From NCBI GenBank assembly GCA_963662585.1, contig OY759729.1, forward strand, positions 1,440,001 to 1,504,000: a stretch of 64,000 nucleotides of DNA. The letters are read 5' to 3'. This DNA is from Candidatus Cloacimonadales bacterium (GTDB lineage Bacteria; Cloacimonadota; Cloacimonadia; Cloacimonadales; JAFGVF01). This document shows positions 52,070-61,503 of the stretch, in pieces; positions within the stretch are counted from its first letter, which is position 1; the number at the start of each line of letters is the position of its first letter. Position numbers and translations under genes: made by a program. The notes under the pieces are model-generated. The model did no database searches. It saw nothing but the letters and a program-made list of their open reading frames with translations, and had not been told where the DNA came from.

Positions 52070-52272
52070 TTTTTTTGCTCCTTTCCAAGAGCTTCCTAAT
52101 TGGAAATGTAGGCATAATTGCATGTTGGACCCTGACGGGTCCAATTTCTTTTAGGGGTGGTCGATCGATCTACAAAGCTTTCGCTCCTCTGGAGCTTGAA
52201 GAAAAAAAGGCAGGCTGAAATACAGTCTATGGAAGCAAGGGTGCTTGCATTCCATAAAGTTGTATATAAACA

Positions 52273-54384
52273 ATCGAGTAGGGTGGTGCGTTAGCACCAT
52301 CCCTCTCACAGAACCGTGCGTACGGGACTCGTACACGGCTCCTGATAAACCTTGTAATTATTCATAATAATTAAATAAAACACTTGTAGGTTTCGATAGT
52401 AAGTCATATAGCCCTAATTGCTCAAACCATTCATTAGGTAAAGCTCTATGAATATGATAACAACCAGAATTCTTCCAATGTGTCATAGATATTTTCGGAA
52501 AATCACTTTTATGCCCAACTCTTCTAAGTTGTTGGTGAAAAGCTTTCCAACTTTTCCATTCCCGCATTTTCTTCATTCTTAGTCGCCGCCTTATCCATGA
52601 TAATAGAGACTGAAAGACTCCTTTGCAATTTGCCACCCTAAAGTAATTCGACCAACCTCTCAATATCGGATTAAGTCTTTTAATCATTGTCTGGACATTA
52701 ATTCCGCTATTCCGTGGAGTCAGTGACCGAATCTTATCTTTGAACGCTTTTACTCTTTTATCCTCTATCTTTACATATGCTTCATGTATTTCGAAGCCAA
52801 GATACTTGACTCCTTTAAATACACTCGCAATATGTGTCTTTTCTTCATTTACGATGAGATAAATTGAGTTTAGATATTCTACCGCAATTCGTTGATATTG
52901 TTCTGCTTTTTTCTTAGTCTTAGCAAAAAGTAAAATGTCATCAGCATAGCGTACTATCTCGATTCCTCGACTTTTCATTTCTTGGTCAAAACTATCAAGA
53001 TATATGTTCATAAGAAGTGGAGAGATTACCCCTCCTTGTGGACTTCCTACTTCAGTTTCGCTATACTTCCCTTCTTGCATAACACCAGACTTTAAGATTT
53101 TCTCTATCAACTTTAATAATGTTCCGTCACTTATTTTCCTATTTAATGATTGCATTATGAATTTATGATTTAATGTATCAAAACATTTTGATAAATCCAT
53201 ATCCACTACAAAAGGAAGCTCTTCCTGAACCATTAATATATGTGCTTTAGCCACTGCCTTTTGACAACTTTTGTTGGGACGGTAGCCATAGCTTTGTGGA
53301 TGAAAATCAGGTTCAAAAATTGGTTGGATGATGTTATTTATTGCCTGCTGTACGATTCTATCTTTTACAGTAGGTATTCCTAATGGCCTCATCTTACCAT
53401 TTCCTTTAGGTATCTCTACCCGTTTCACAGGTGATGGGATATACTTCCCACTTTTCAATTCTAAATGAATCTGCTCTAAGTTCTCTTGTAGAGTCTCACC
53501 AAACTTAGATATAGTAATATTATCTATACCTTCTGCACCTCTATTTTTCTTTACCTTTAGGAAAGATTCATAGAGATTACCTTTTGAGTAAACTTTATCA
53601 ATTAAACTGTACCACTTCTTCATTTAGTTTCTCCTTTTTCACAATAAACAATGTTTAAATTATACTTTCAAATGACAGTTAATTCAATGAAGACCTTCGA
53701 AGTTTTTAGCATAAAGCAATCTATCAAAGATTTTATAGGTTTTGACTATTATCCTTTTTTTTAACTTCATCTACTCAGTCTCGTAAGGTCATGATAGAAA
53801 GAAGGTACTCACCACCGTCTATCCGAGCCTTGAATCTTTCGATTCTCTTCGTTTCCTACTTTTAAGAAAATATCTCTTTAATTATGTTTATTCTTTGGTT
53901 TATCTTCATCCCTTCACATGAGATATTTCCTTTTGAAAAATATCCCCCAATATTACTAAGAATATTATCCCCTCTGTTTTATCCTCCAGTCTGTCACCAG
54001 CTTTCATAGGCAAAGGGTTAGTCACTACTACGGAATCATCTGCCACCTGCTTATGCTTAATACAACTCTTGCCTTTCAGCTTGTAGTCATAGTTACTCTA
54101 TTAGAGACATTAACAGGCTTCCCCAGTTAAGCTATCCTGCCTGAATGTAAATCCATCTGTTGTAATCCATGTAATCGACTGACTTTTGGGCGTTCTCACT
54201 TTTCGAAGAGTTACCCACTACATGAACCAAAATCAGTTTACTTTCGCTATGTTCCACATTCTTCCTGCGTCTTACTTCAGACCCTGCCGTTGCCAGCAAC
54301 GCCCTTGACCTCAGATTGACTTCCTGTCAGTTGGGTGTCAGGACTTCTTTCAGTCCATCGGCTCAGATAACATTCTGGGCAAAC
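52273..54384 (-). mobile_element. Group II intron, class IIC-type, behind the frr terminator
   Basis: 5' GTTTGCCCAGAATG directly after terminator stem and TTTTC; DV GAGCCGTGTACGAGTCCCGTACGCACGGTTC, short DVI ending CTACTCGAT. Confidence 0.88.
52358..53623 (-). CDS. ltrA: Group II intron reverse transcriptase/maturase, no endonuclease domain
   Basis: RPLGIPTVKDR, GSPQGG.ISPLL, RYADD, LRGWSNYF thumb. Confidence 0.95.
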   Translation of the reverse strand: MKKWYSLIDKVYSKGNLYESFLKVKKNRGAEGIDNITISKFGETLQENLEQIHLELKSGKYIPSPVKRVEIPKGNGKMRPLGIPTVKDRIVQQAINNIIQPIFEPDFHPQSYGYRPNKSCQKAVAKAHILMVQEELPFVVDMDLSKCFDTLNHKFIMQSLNRKISDGTLLKLIEKILKSGVMQEGKYSETEVGSPQGGVISPLLMNIYLDSFDQEMKSRGIEIVRYADDILLFAKTKKKAEQYQRIAVEYLNSIYLIVNEEKTHIASVFKGVKYLGFEIHEAYVKIEDKRVKAFKDKIRSLTPRNSGINVQTMIKRLNPILRGWSNYFRVANCKGVFQSLLSWIRRRLRMKKMREWKSWKAFHQQLRRVGHKSDFPKISMTHWKNSGCYHIHRALPNEWFEQLGLYDLLSKPTSVLFNYYE

Positions 54385-54385
54385 G

Positions 54386-54414
54386 AAAAGAGGTGCTATA
54401 TTCAGCACCTCTTT
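54386..54414 (-). terminator. frr terminator (intron target hairpin)
   Basis: AAAGAGGTGCTGAATATAGCACCTCTTTT on minus strand. Confidence 0.85.
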
Positions 54415-54438
54415 CAATATATCTTAGAATGTTAAGAA

Positions 54439-54996
54439 TTAAACATTCAAAACATCTTTTTCTTTATTAGCTACAGTCTGATCTATCTCTTTAATCCACT
54501 TATCTGTCATGTCTTGAACATCTTTGATAAGCTTTGTTTCATCATCTTCAGAGATTTCAGAGTTTTTCTTCATTTTTTTAGCTTGGTCATTAGCATCTCG
54601 TCTAACATTACGAACAGCGATTTTAGCATCTTCACCCAATTTCTTCACTTGTTTAACTATATCTTTTCTTTTATCTTCAGTTAATGCTTGGAAAGGTAAT
54701 CTAATTACGCTTCCGTCATTATCAGGAGTAACACCGATATTAGCGGCAAGAATAGCTTTTTCAACTTCAGCAAGGATAGTTTTATCCCATGGTTGAATCA
54801 CGATAGTTCGTGCTTCAGGTACGGTAATATTTCCTAACTGTTTAATTGGAGTAGGTGTTCCATAGTAATTAATCTTGATATCATCAAGAACAGCAGGTGA
54901 AGCCTTACCAGTTCTTAATTTACTAAAATTTCTACCAAGAGCATCAAGTGCTAATTTCATATTTTCATCTGCATTCTTTAATAATTCTTGCATCAT
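54439..54996 (-). CDS. frr: Ribosome recycling factor
   Basis: LRTGKA, YYG.PTP, AVRNVRRD. Confidence 0.97.
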   Translation of the reverse strand: MMQELLKNADENMKLALDALGRNFSKLRTGKASPAVLDDIKINYYGTPTPIKQLGNITVPEARTIVIQPWDKTILAEVEKAILAANIGVTPDNDGSVIRLPFQALTEDKRKDIVKQVKKLGEDAKIAVRNVRRDANDQAKKMKKNSEISEDDETKLIKDVQDMTDKWIKEIDQTVANKEKDVLNV

Positions 54997-55011
54997 TGAC
55001 CTCTCAATTTC

Positions 55012-55752
55012 TTATGAATTACTTAAATCATTTCCAACAAAAGTGCCAACTTTTACATCAGCAATAGCCCTTGCTAGGTTTCCAGGTATTGATAAATCAA
55101 ATACTTTAACAGGAATATTATTCTCTTTAGCCAGAGCGAATGCAGTCATATCCATTACATTAAGCTGTCTATGAATAGCATCTTCAAAGGTTATTTCAGG
55201 AATAAATTCAGCATCAGGATACTTAGCAGGATCTTTAGTATATACCCCAGCTACTTTAGTCCCCTTAAGAACTAAATCAGCTTCTAATTCGGCAGCTCTG
55301 AGAACTACAGCAGTATCAGTAGTAAAGAAAGGATTGCCAGTTCCTCCGCAGAGGAAAACAATTTTGCCTTCTTTCATAGATTGCATAGCACGAGTAGGTG
55401 TATAGAATTTTGCGATCTTCTCTGCCTTGACAGAGCTAAGAACTTCTGTTGAGTAATTCTTTATTTTTAAGACTTCAGCAAGGTATAGAGCATTTTGAAT
55501 AGTTGCCATCATTCCTATATTATCTAATGTCACTCTATTCATTTTAGCATTGGACCATGTACCTCCGCGGAAGATATTTCCTCCACCTAGTACAATACCA
55601 ACACTGTAACCTAATCGTTTAACTTCGATAATGTCATTAGTAATTCGATCAATTAGAGCTTCATCAAAACCAAATCCCTTCTCTCCTGCGAGAAATTCGC
55701 CACTTAGTTTAATAATTACTCTATTGATTTTTTCGGGATGATAAGGACTCAT
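55012..55752 (-). CDS. pyrH: UMP kinase
   Basis: KLSGE, GGGNIFRG, GTGNPFFTTD, VMDMTA. Confidence 0.97.
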   Translation of the reverse strand: MSPYHPEKINRVIIKLSGEFLAGEKGFGFDEALIDRITNDIIEVKRLGYSVGIVLGGGNIFRGGTWSNAKMNRVTLDNIGMMATIQNALYLAEVLKIKNYSTEVLSSVKAEKIAKFYTPTRAMQSMKEGKIVFLCGGTGNPFFTTDTAVVLRAAELEADLVLKGTKVAGVYTKDPAKYPDAEFIPEITFEDAIHRQLNVMDMTAFALAKENNIPVKVFDLSIPGNLARAIADVKVGTFVGNDLSNS

Positions 55753-55770
55753 TTTGCTATATCCTTTGCT

Positions 55771-56361
55771 TTAGATACTAAATCTAACAAATCTTGCAAC
55801 TTGAATATTTTCTCCAAGTCTGAAGATAGCTTCTTTAATTACTGTATCGATATCTTTTGAAGGGTCTTTGATAAATTCTTGGAAGTAAAGAGTATTAGTT
55901 TTACCGAATTTTTCAATTACACCATTAACGATTTTTTCAATAATCTTTTCTGGTTTTCCTTCTTGGATAGCTTTATTTTTAGCAATTTCTTTTTCGCTTT
56001 CAATTAATTGTTGGTCTATATCTTCAGGTCTAAGAGCGATAGGATCAGTTGCTGCGATTTGCATTGCAATGTCTTTACAAAGACTTTTGAAATCATCTGT
56101 ATTAGCCACAAAGTCAGTTTCGCAGTTAACTTCAACAAGCACACCAATTTTACCATTTCCATGGATATAAGAGTAAACTATACCCTCTTTAGTAGCTCTA
56201 TCATTTTTTGATTCAGCTTTAGCCATTCCTCTTTCACGAAGATATTTTACAGCTAAATCAACATCACCATCAGTCTCTTTGAGAGCCTTTTTGCAATCCA
56301 TCATAGCTACGCCGGTTTTTTCGCGTAATTCTTTCACCATTGCTGCAGTAATTGTTGCCAT
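55771..56361 (-). CDS. tsf: Elongation factor Ts (short form)
   Basis: VKELREKTG..MMDCKKAL, NCETDFVA. Confidence 0.97.
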   Translation of the reverse strand: MATITAAMVKELREKTGVAMMDCKKALKETDGDVDLAVKYLRERGMAKAESKNDRATKEGIVYSYIHGNGKIGVLVEVNCETDFVANTDDFKSLCKDIAMQIAATDPIALRPEDIDQQLIESEKEIAKNKAIQEGKPEKIIEKIVNGVIEKFGKTNTLYFQEFIKDPSKDIDTVIKEAIFRLGENIQVARFVRFSI

Positions 56362-56415
56362 TATTAACTCCTTTATAAAATCTAGATCTATATCGACCTA
56401 AATTATGATTTAATT

Positions 56416-56445
56416 AAAAAAAAGTTCCCGAATAAATCGGGAACT
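56416..56445 (-). terminator. Terminator/attenuator between rpsB and tsf
   Basis: AGTTCCCGA...TCGGGAACT stem with T-run on minus strand. Confidence 0.7.
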
Positions 56446-56457
56446 GCCAATTTATTC

Positions 56458-57270
56458 TTATTGTTTATTTTCTACTTCAGCGTCTGGTTGTTTTTCTGCA
56501 ACAGCTTCCTGAACTTTCTCTTCGGAAGTTTCAGTTGCTATAGCTTCTTCCTCAACAACCGGTTGAGCTTCAACATTTCCCTCTTCAAGAATGTTTCTAC
56601 CTTCGATAACAGCATTAGCCATAACATCAGCAATTAAGCTAATAGCTCTAATAGCGTCATCGTTTGAAGGGATAACGAAATCAATCATATCCGGGTCACA
56701 GTTTGTATCAACCATACCAATTAAAGGAATACCAAGTTTTTTTGCTTCATGGATAGCAATAGCTTCTTGCTTTGTATCTACAACAAAAATAGCACCTGGA
56801 ACTTTTTCCATATTACGAATACCACCAAGACCTGATTCGATCTTGTCATGCATTCTTTTCATTTTTAAAGCTTCTAATTTTGTATAATTAGCTATGCTAC
56901 CATCTTCAGAAATCTGTTCATACTGCTTCATCTTTTCAATAGATTGGCGGATTGTCTTCATATTAGTAAGCATACCACCATACCAGCGGTTGTTTACATA
57001 AAAAACATCAGCTTTGATTGCAGCTTCTTTGATAGCATCTACAGCTTGCTTTTTAGTTCCTACAAATAATATTTCTTCGCCACGACTAGCGACATCTTTT
57101 AGGAACTGGTATGCTTCATTAACAGCATCTACAGTCTGTTTTAAATCTAATATATGGATACCATTTCTTTTGATAAAGATATATTTCTTCATCTTAGGGT
57201 TCCATTTATGAGTCTGGTGACCGAAATGAACACCAGCTTCAAGTAGTTGTTTCATTGTTACAACTGACAT
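56458..57270 (-). CDS. rpsB: 30S ribosomal protein S2
   Basis: LLEAGVHFGHQ, FVGTKKQA, DTNCDP, NDDAIR. Confidence 0.98.
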   Translation of the reverse strand: MSVVTMKQLLEAGVHFGHQTHKWNPKMKKYIFIKRNGIHILDLKQTVDAVNEAYQFLKDVASRGEEILFVGTKKQAVDAIKEAAIKADVFYVNNRWYGGMLTNMKTIRQSIEKMKQYEQISEDGSIANYTKLEALKMKRMHDKIESGLGGIRNMEKVPGAIFVVDTKQEAIAIHEAKKLGIPLIGMVDTNCDPDMIDFVIPSNDDAIRAISLIADVMANAVIEGRNILEEGNVEAQPVVEEEAIATETSEEKVQEAVAEKQPDAEVENKQ

Positions 57271-57300
57271 TAAATTACTCCTCTTGTTACGGTTAATTTT

Positions 57301-57368
57301 CTGCTTAAAATCTACGCAATTCAGTCTATTACCTTAATAACAGACACCGCCTTGCAACTTTCAAGCAG
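57301..57368 (-). promoter_or_regulatory. Structured rpsB leader
   Basis: Nested stems CTGCTTGAAA/TTTTAAGCAG and GTCTGTTATT/GGTAATAGAC upstream of the RBS. Confidence 0.5.
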
Positions 57369-57394
57369 CTTTCTTGCTAATCTGAAATAATAGA

Positions 57395-57781
57395 TTAACG
57401 CTTTGAGAACTGGAATTTTTTTCTTGCTTTTGGACGACCTGGTTTCTTTCTTTCGACCATTCTTGGGTCACGAGTAAGGAAACCATTCTTTTTAAGATCA
57501 CCCTTTAAAGCTTCATCATAGATAACTAAGGCTCTAGAAACACCATGTCTTATAGCACCAGCTTGGCCAGATAATCCACCACCGATAACATTGACTTTAA
57601 GGTCAAGCTTATCAGATAAACCAGAAACATTAAATGGCTGTTCAACAACCATTTCAAGAACTTCTCTTTGGAGGTAATCTTTCATAAGCTTACCATTGAT
57701 AATTCTTTTACCGGTACCTTGGGTGATTCTAACTCGTGCTACAGCATTTTTTCTTCTGCCTGTTGCGTCGAAATACTGCAT
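57395..57781 (-). CDS. rpsI: 30S ribosomal protein S9
   Basis: [28 protein letters not shown]. Confidence 0.98.
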   Translation of the reverse strand: MQYFDATGRRKNAVARVRITQGTGKRIINGKLMKDYLQREVLEMVVEQPFNVSGLSDKLDLKVNVIGGGLSGQAGAIRHGVSRALVIYDEALKGDLKKNGFLTRDPRMVERKKPGRPKARKKFQFSKR

Positions 57782-57795
57782 TAATTTCTCCTAAA

Positions 57796-58218
57796 CTATA
57801 AAGTCTTTGGTTGTTGAGCTGTATGAGGATGTTCAGTTCCAGCATACACTTTCAGTTTCTTGAACATTTGTCTGCCAAGGGTATTTTTTGGTAACATACC
57901 TTTCACAGCACTTCTAATAATTTCTTCAGGTTTAGAGTCTAACATTCTTTTGAAGCTAACTTCTCTTAAACCACTTGGATAGCCACTGTAGTTCTGATAC
58001 ACTTTTGAATCTGCTTTTGTACCAGTAACTCCAACTTTCTCTGCATTAAGAACAACCACATAATCACCACAATCTAAGTTTGTAGCAAAATAAGGTTTGT
58101 TTTTTCCGCGGAGAATGGAAGCTATTTTAGTAGCAATACGACCTAAAGTTTGACCTTCAGCATCGATAACATACCATTCCCTATGGATTTGATCCGGGGT
58201 GGGAGTTAAAGTCTTCAT
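57796..58218 (-). CDS. rplM: 50S ribosomal protein L13
   Basis: [25 protein letters not shown]. Confidence 0.98.
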   Translation of the reverse strand: MKTLTPTPDQIHREWYVIDAEGQTLGRIATKIASILRGKNKPYFATNLDCGDYVVVLNAEKVGVTGTKADSKVYQNYSGYPSGLREVSFKRMLDSKPEEIIRSAVKGMLPKNTLGRQMFKKLKVYAGTEHPHTAQQPKTL

Positions 58219-58382
58219 CCTTTCTCCTTTTCTTTACTTATTATATAAGTTAATTCACAATTTTATAAGGAGTTAAATATAAAACTCCTTTAGCGTAACA
58301 AAATATTTACTATACCCTATATATGTCAAGAAATTAATCCAAACAGGGAAAAATATTTTGTTCACTTATTTCCTAAAAAGAC

Positions 58383-58410
58383 AAAAAGAGGTTCATGCGA
58401 ACCTCTTTTT
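58383..58410. terminator. Bidirectional-type terminator after the GspF/PilC gene
   Basis: AAAAAGAGGTTC-ATGC-GAACCTCTTTTT. Confidence 0.8.
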
Positions 58411-58430
58411 ATATATTTATTGAATGTTAA

Positions 58431-59684
58431 TTATTTAAGACCTTCTGACATCGCTTCACCAAGATTAAAGATTGGTAAGTAGATAACAATAATAATTGAA
58501 CCCACAACACCAGCCATAATAATAATCAAAATAGGTTCGATGAGAGAAGTTAGTTTTTCAATAACTGAATCTATGATTTTATCATAGAATGAAGCAGTTT
58601 TACTTAAGAGTTTATCTAAATCTCCTGTCTCTTCACCAGTACTTATCATCTGTAAAAGAGTTGAAGGAAAAGCATTGGTAGATCTAAAGGCTTGGGCAAT
58701 ACCATAACCCTCTTTGATCATTACACGAGAACGCCTAACAGCACTCTCAATAACAGCGTTTCCAACCACATTTTCTACAAGCTCTAAAGTATCCATAATC
58801 GGAACACCGGCTTTCATAAGAATAGAGAAGGTTCTGGAGAATTTACTCATTACAGAGCTTTCTACCAATCCTCCCACTACAGGAATTTTAAGTTTTATTT
58901 TATCGATTATCCATCTACCACGGTCAGTTAAATTAATTATAAAGAAAAATAATACAACTGCGATAACAATTCCAACAGTGGCAAATAAATTACCTTTGAT
59001 CACATTACTTATTGCGATAGCCACTCTGGTAGCAACCGGAAGTTCAGCACCAAAGCTTGCATAAATATCACTGAATTTAGGAATGATATAGTAGAAAAGG
59101 AACCAAACAACAAAGATCAAGAAAACTAAGATGAAGATAGGATAAGTCATCGCTGAGTTAACTTTTCTTCGTGTATCTTCAGTTCTTTCAAGATTTTCTG
59201 CTAATTCATCCAAAACAGTGTGTAGAGTACCTGAGACTTCACCAGCTTTCACCAATGAAACATAAAGCGGATTAAACACACCAGGATGTTGTTCAAATGA
59301 TTCAGATAATGAATAACCTTTGCGGATATCATCATCAACTTTCTTTAATACTTTTTTAAACTTTGGATCTTTTTCTTCTTTTCCGAGGTTAGAGATAGCT
59401 TTCTCAATAGTAAGACCAGCCGAAAACATAGTAGATAGCTGACGAGTGAAGAAAACTAAGGTTTTTAACTTAACAGCAGTTCTCATTTTGTAGATTGCTA
59501 ACATGATTTTATCAAAGAGAGATAATTTTCCCTTGAAAGAACCGTCATTAGCATTTCTTACAGAAATGATTGTTCCACCTTCAGTTGCAAGTTTATCAAT
59601 AGCTTCATCCATAGTGTTAGCTTTGATAATACCTTCTTTTCTAGCACCTTTGGCATCTTTTACAGTGTACGAGAAATTAGCCAT
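58431..59684 (-). CDS. T2SS F / type IV pilus PilC platform protein
   Basis: FTRQLSTM, AGEVSG.L, AMTYP, GEETG, LIEP, YLPIF. Confidence 0.93.
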   Translation of the reverse strand: MANFSYTVKDAKGARKEGIIKANTMDEAIDKLATEGGTIISVRNANDGSFKGKLSLFDKIMLAIYKMRTAVKLKTLVFFTRQLSTMFSAGLTIEKAISNLGKEEKDPKFKKVLKKVDDDIRKGYSLSESFEQHPGVFNPLYVSLVKAGEVSGTLHTVLDELAENLERTEDTRRKVNSAMTYPIFILVFLIFVVWFLFYYIIPKFSDIYASFGAELPVATRVAIAISNVIKGNLFATVGIVIAVVLFFFIINLTDRGRWIIDKIKLKIPVVGGLVESSVMSKFSRTFSILMKAGVPIMDTLELVENVVGNAVIESAVRRSRVMIKEGYGIAQAFRSTNAFPSTLLQMISTGEETGDLDKLLSKTASFYDKIIDSVIEKLTSLIEPILIIIMAGVVGSIIIVIYLPIFNLGEAMSEGLK

Positions 59685-59701
59685 ATTTTACCTTTATGTT
59701 T

Positions 59702-61420
59702 TTAATCGTTGATTGTAAGCTTAATTACTTCACGAATTGATGTTACGCCTTTTATCATTTTTCTGATTGCAGCATCATGAAGAGTTCTCATACCCTGTTC
59801 AAGAGCTTTTTCCTTAACTATATCTTGGTTCTTACCTTCAAAAATTAAGGCTCTTACTTCTGGTGTAATCGCTAGCAATTCAAAAATACCTTGTCTGCCG
59901 GCATAACCTGTATTGTCGCAATGTACACAACCAGCACCAATCTTGAAATTGATTTCTTTTGCTTTTTCAGCTGTAATACCAGCTTGAAGCAATTCAATTT
60001 CAGTTGGTTTATAATCTGTAATACAGTTTGGACATATCTTTCTAACTAATCTTTGAGCCATAACAAGGCAGAGAGATGAGCCAACAAGATAAGGTTTGAT
60101 ACCGATATCCATTAAACGAGTAATGGTAGAAGGTGCATCATTAGCATGAAGAGTAGAGAAAACTAAGTGACCGGTAAGTGAGAATTTAACCGCAATATCT
60201 GCAGTTTCAAAGTCTCTAATCTCACCAATAAGGACTACATCAGGGTCTTGACGCAAAACAGAACGAAGAGCTGAAAGGAAGGTTAATCCGATTTCCTCTT
60301 TAGTTTCAATTTGGGTAATACCTGCAAGTCTATATTCAACAGGGTCTTCAACTGTGATAATATTTGTTTCTATATTTTCGATAGTTTTAATAGCTGCGTG
60401 GAGAGAGGTAGATTTACCACTACCAGTAGGACCGGAAACAATGATAATACCATAAGGTCTTTTGATAACTTTTTGGAAGATTTCCAAATCATCAGCTTCA
60501 AAACCTAAGGTTTGAAGTTTAAAACCAAAATCGCCTTTATCAAGTAAACGCAACACAGCTTTTTCACCAAGCACTGTAGGAGCAATAGATACACGGACAT
60601 CCACTGATTTAATAGCAGTTTTAAGTCCCATGTGACCATCTTGAGGTAATCTTCTTTCTGCAATGTTAAGCTTAGCCATAACTTTGATTAAAGAGATTAA
60701 ACCAGCATGCATAGCAATAGGCGGATTCATAACTTCTCTTAAAGCACCATCAACACGGAAACGAACTCTTGTACTTTTAATCATAGGTTCAATATGAATA
60801 TCAGTAGTACCAGCTTTAATAGCTTCTGCAATAATAAGATTAATCATCTTAACAACAGGAGCATCAGCTTTTGATTCAGATCCACTATCAATAGAAATTT
60901 CATTATCATCACTATCTACAGCAACAAAGTCGAAATTACCAACAGCATCTTCAACTTGTGATGTTGTTCTAATACTCTTATAATATTTTTCTAAGGCATC
61001 AGTAAGTAATGAATCACCAATTAAAATTGGTTCAACATTCTTATTTAATACTTTTTTTAAACTATCTAAAATATTCAAATCATCTGGATCAGTCATCGCG
61101 ACAATACAAGTATCATCGACAACTCTCATGCAGATAACTCTATTTTCATATGCAAATGGTTCAGAAATTAAGGAAACTACTTCTACATCAAGTTCCATTA
61201 ATTCCGAAGAATTCACTATAGGAATATCCAATTGGAGTGAGATACATTCTAGAAGTTGTCTTTCTTGAATATATCCTAATTTTAATAGGGTTTCACCTAA
61301 CTTTAAAGCAAAATTATCCTGCTTAATTAAAGCTTCTTTAATCTGCTCTTCAGTGGCATACCCTTTGTGAACTATTATTTCACCTATTCTTGCGAATTGA
61401 GGATTAAATGACATAATCAA
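59702..61420 (-). CDS. T2SS E / PilB assembly ATPase
   Basis: DIHIEP, ERRLPQDG, GPTGSGKS, EDPVE, LRQDPD, GEIRD, Cys-pair zinc motif. Confidence 0.95.
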   Translation of the reverse strand: MIMSFNPQFARIGEIIVHKGYATEEQIKEALIKQDNFALKLGETLLKLGYIQERQLLECISLQLDIPIVNSSELMELDVEVVSLISEPFAYENRVICMRVVDDTCIVAMTDPDDLNILDSLKKVLNKNVEPILIGDSLLTDALEKYYKSIRTTSQVEDAVGNFDFVAVDSDDNEISIDSGSESKADAPVVKMINLIIAEAIKAGTTDIHIEPMIKSTRVRFRVDGALREVMNPPIAMHAGLISLIKVMAKLNIAERRLPQDGHMGLKTAIKSVDVRVSIAPTVLGEKAVLRLLDKGDFGFKLQTLGFEADDLEIFQKVIKRPYGIIIVSGPTGSGKSTSLHAAIKTIENIETNIITVEDPVEYRLAGITQIETKEEIGLTFLSALRSVLRQDPDVVLIGEIRDFETADIAVKFSLTGHLVFSTLHANDAPSTITRLMDIGIKPYLVGSSLCLVMAQRLVRKICPNCITDYKPTEIELLQAGITAEKAKEINFKIGAGCVHCDNTGYAGRQGIFELLAITPEVRALIFEGKNQDIVKEKALEQGMRTLHDAAIRKMIKGVTSIREVIKLTIND

Positions 61421-61503
61421 TCCTTTATTTAAATTTGAGTTTAATTATTTTATATACCCGATACCCATAAGGATATCGGGTATTAATTTTGAATTACTTT
61501 TGT

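Larger units (their letters stand above)
49897..52257. repeat. Repeat mosaic: ~0.9/0.8-kb direct duplication (offset 1554 bp) with internal ~320-380-bp tandem units
   Basis: 49897-~50797 matches 51451-~52257; GCTCCTCTGGAGC / GCTCCAGAGGAGC palindromes recur. Confidence 0.9.

Noticed and set aside
50044..52336. Short ORFs 50044-50262, 51598-51816, 51851-52060, 52151-52336
   Set aside because: Translations of MITE/REP sequence or intron DV-DVI; no recognisable protein features
29402..53623. Diversity-generating retroelement (RT plus similar 3' gene ends)
   Set aside because: The RT lies inside a clear group II intron (DV/DVI); CTD differences are mostly third-position changes, not adenine-specific, and all copies are coding
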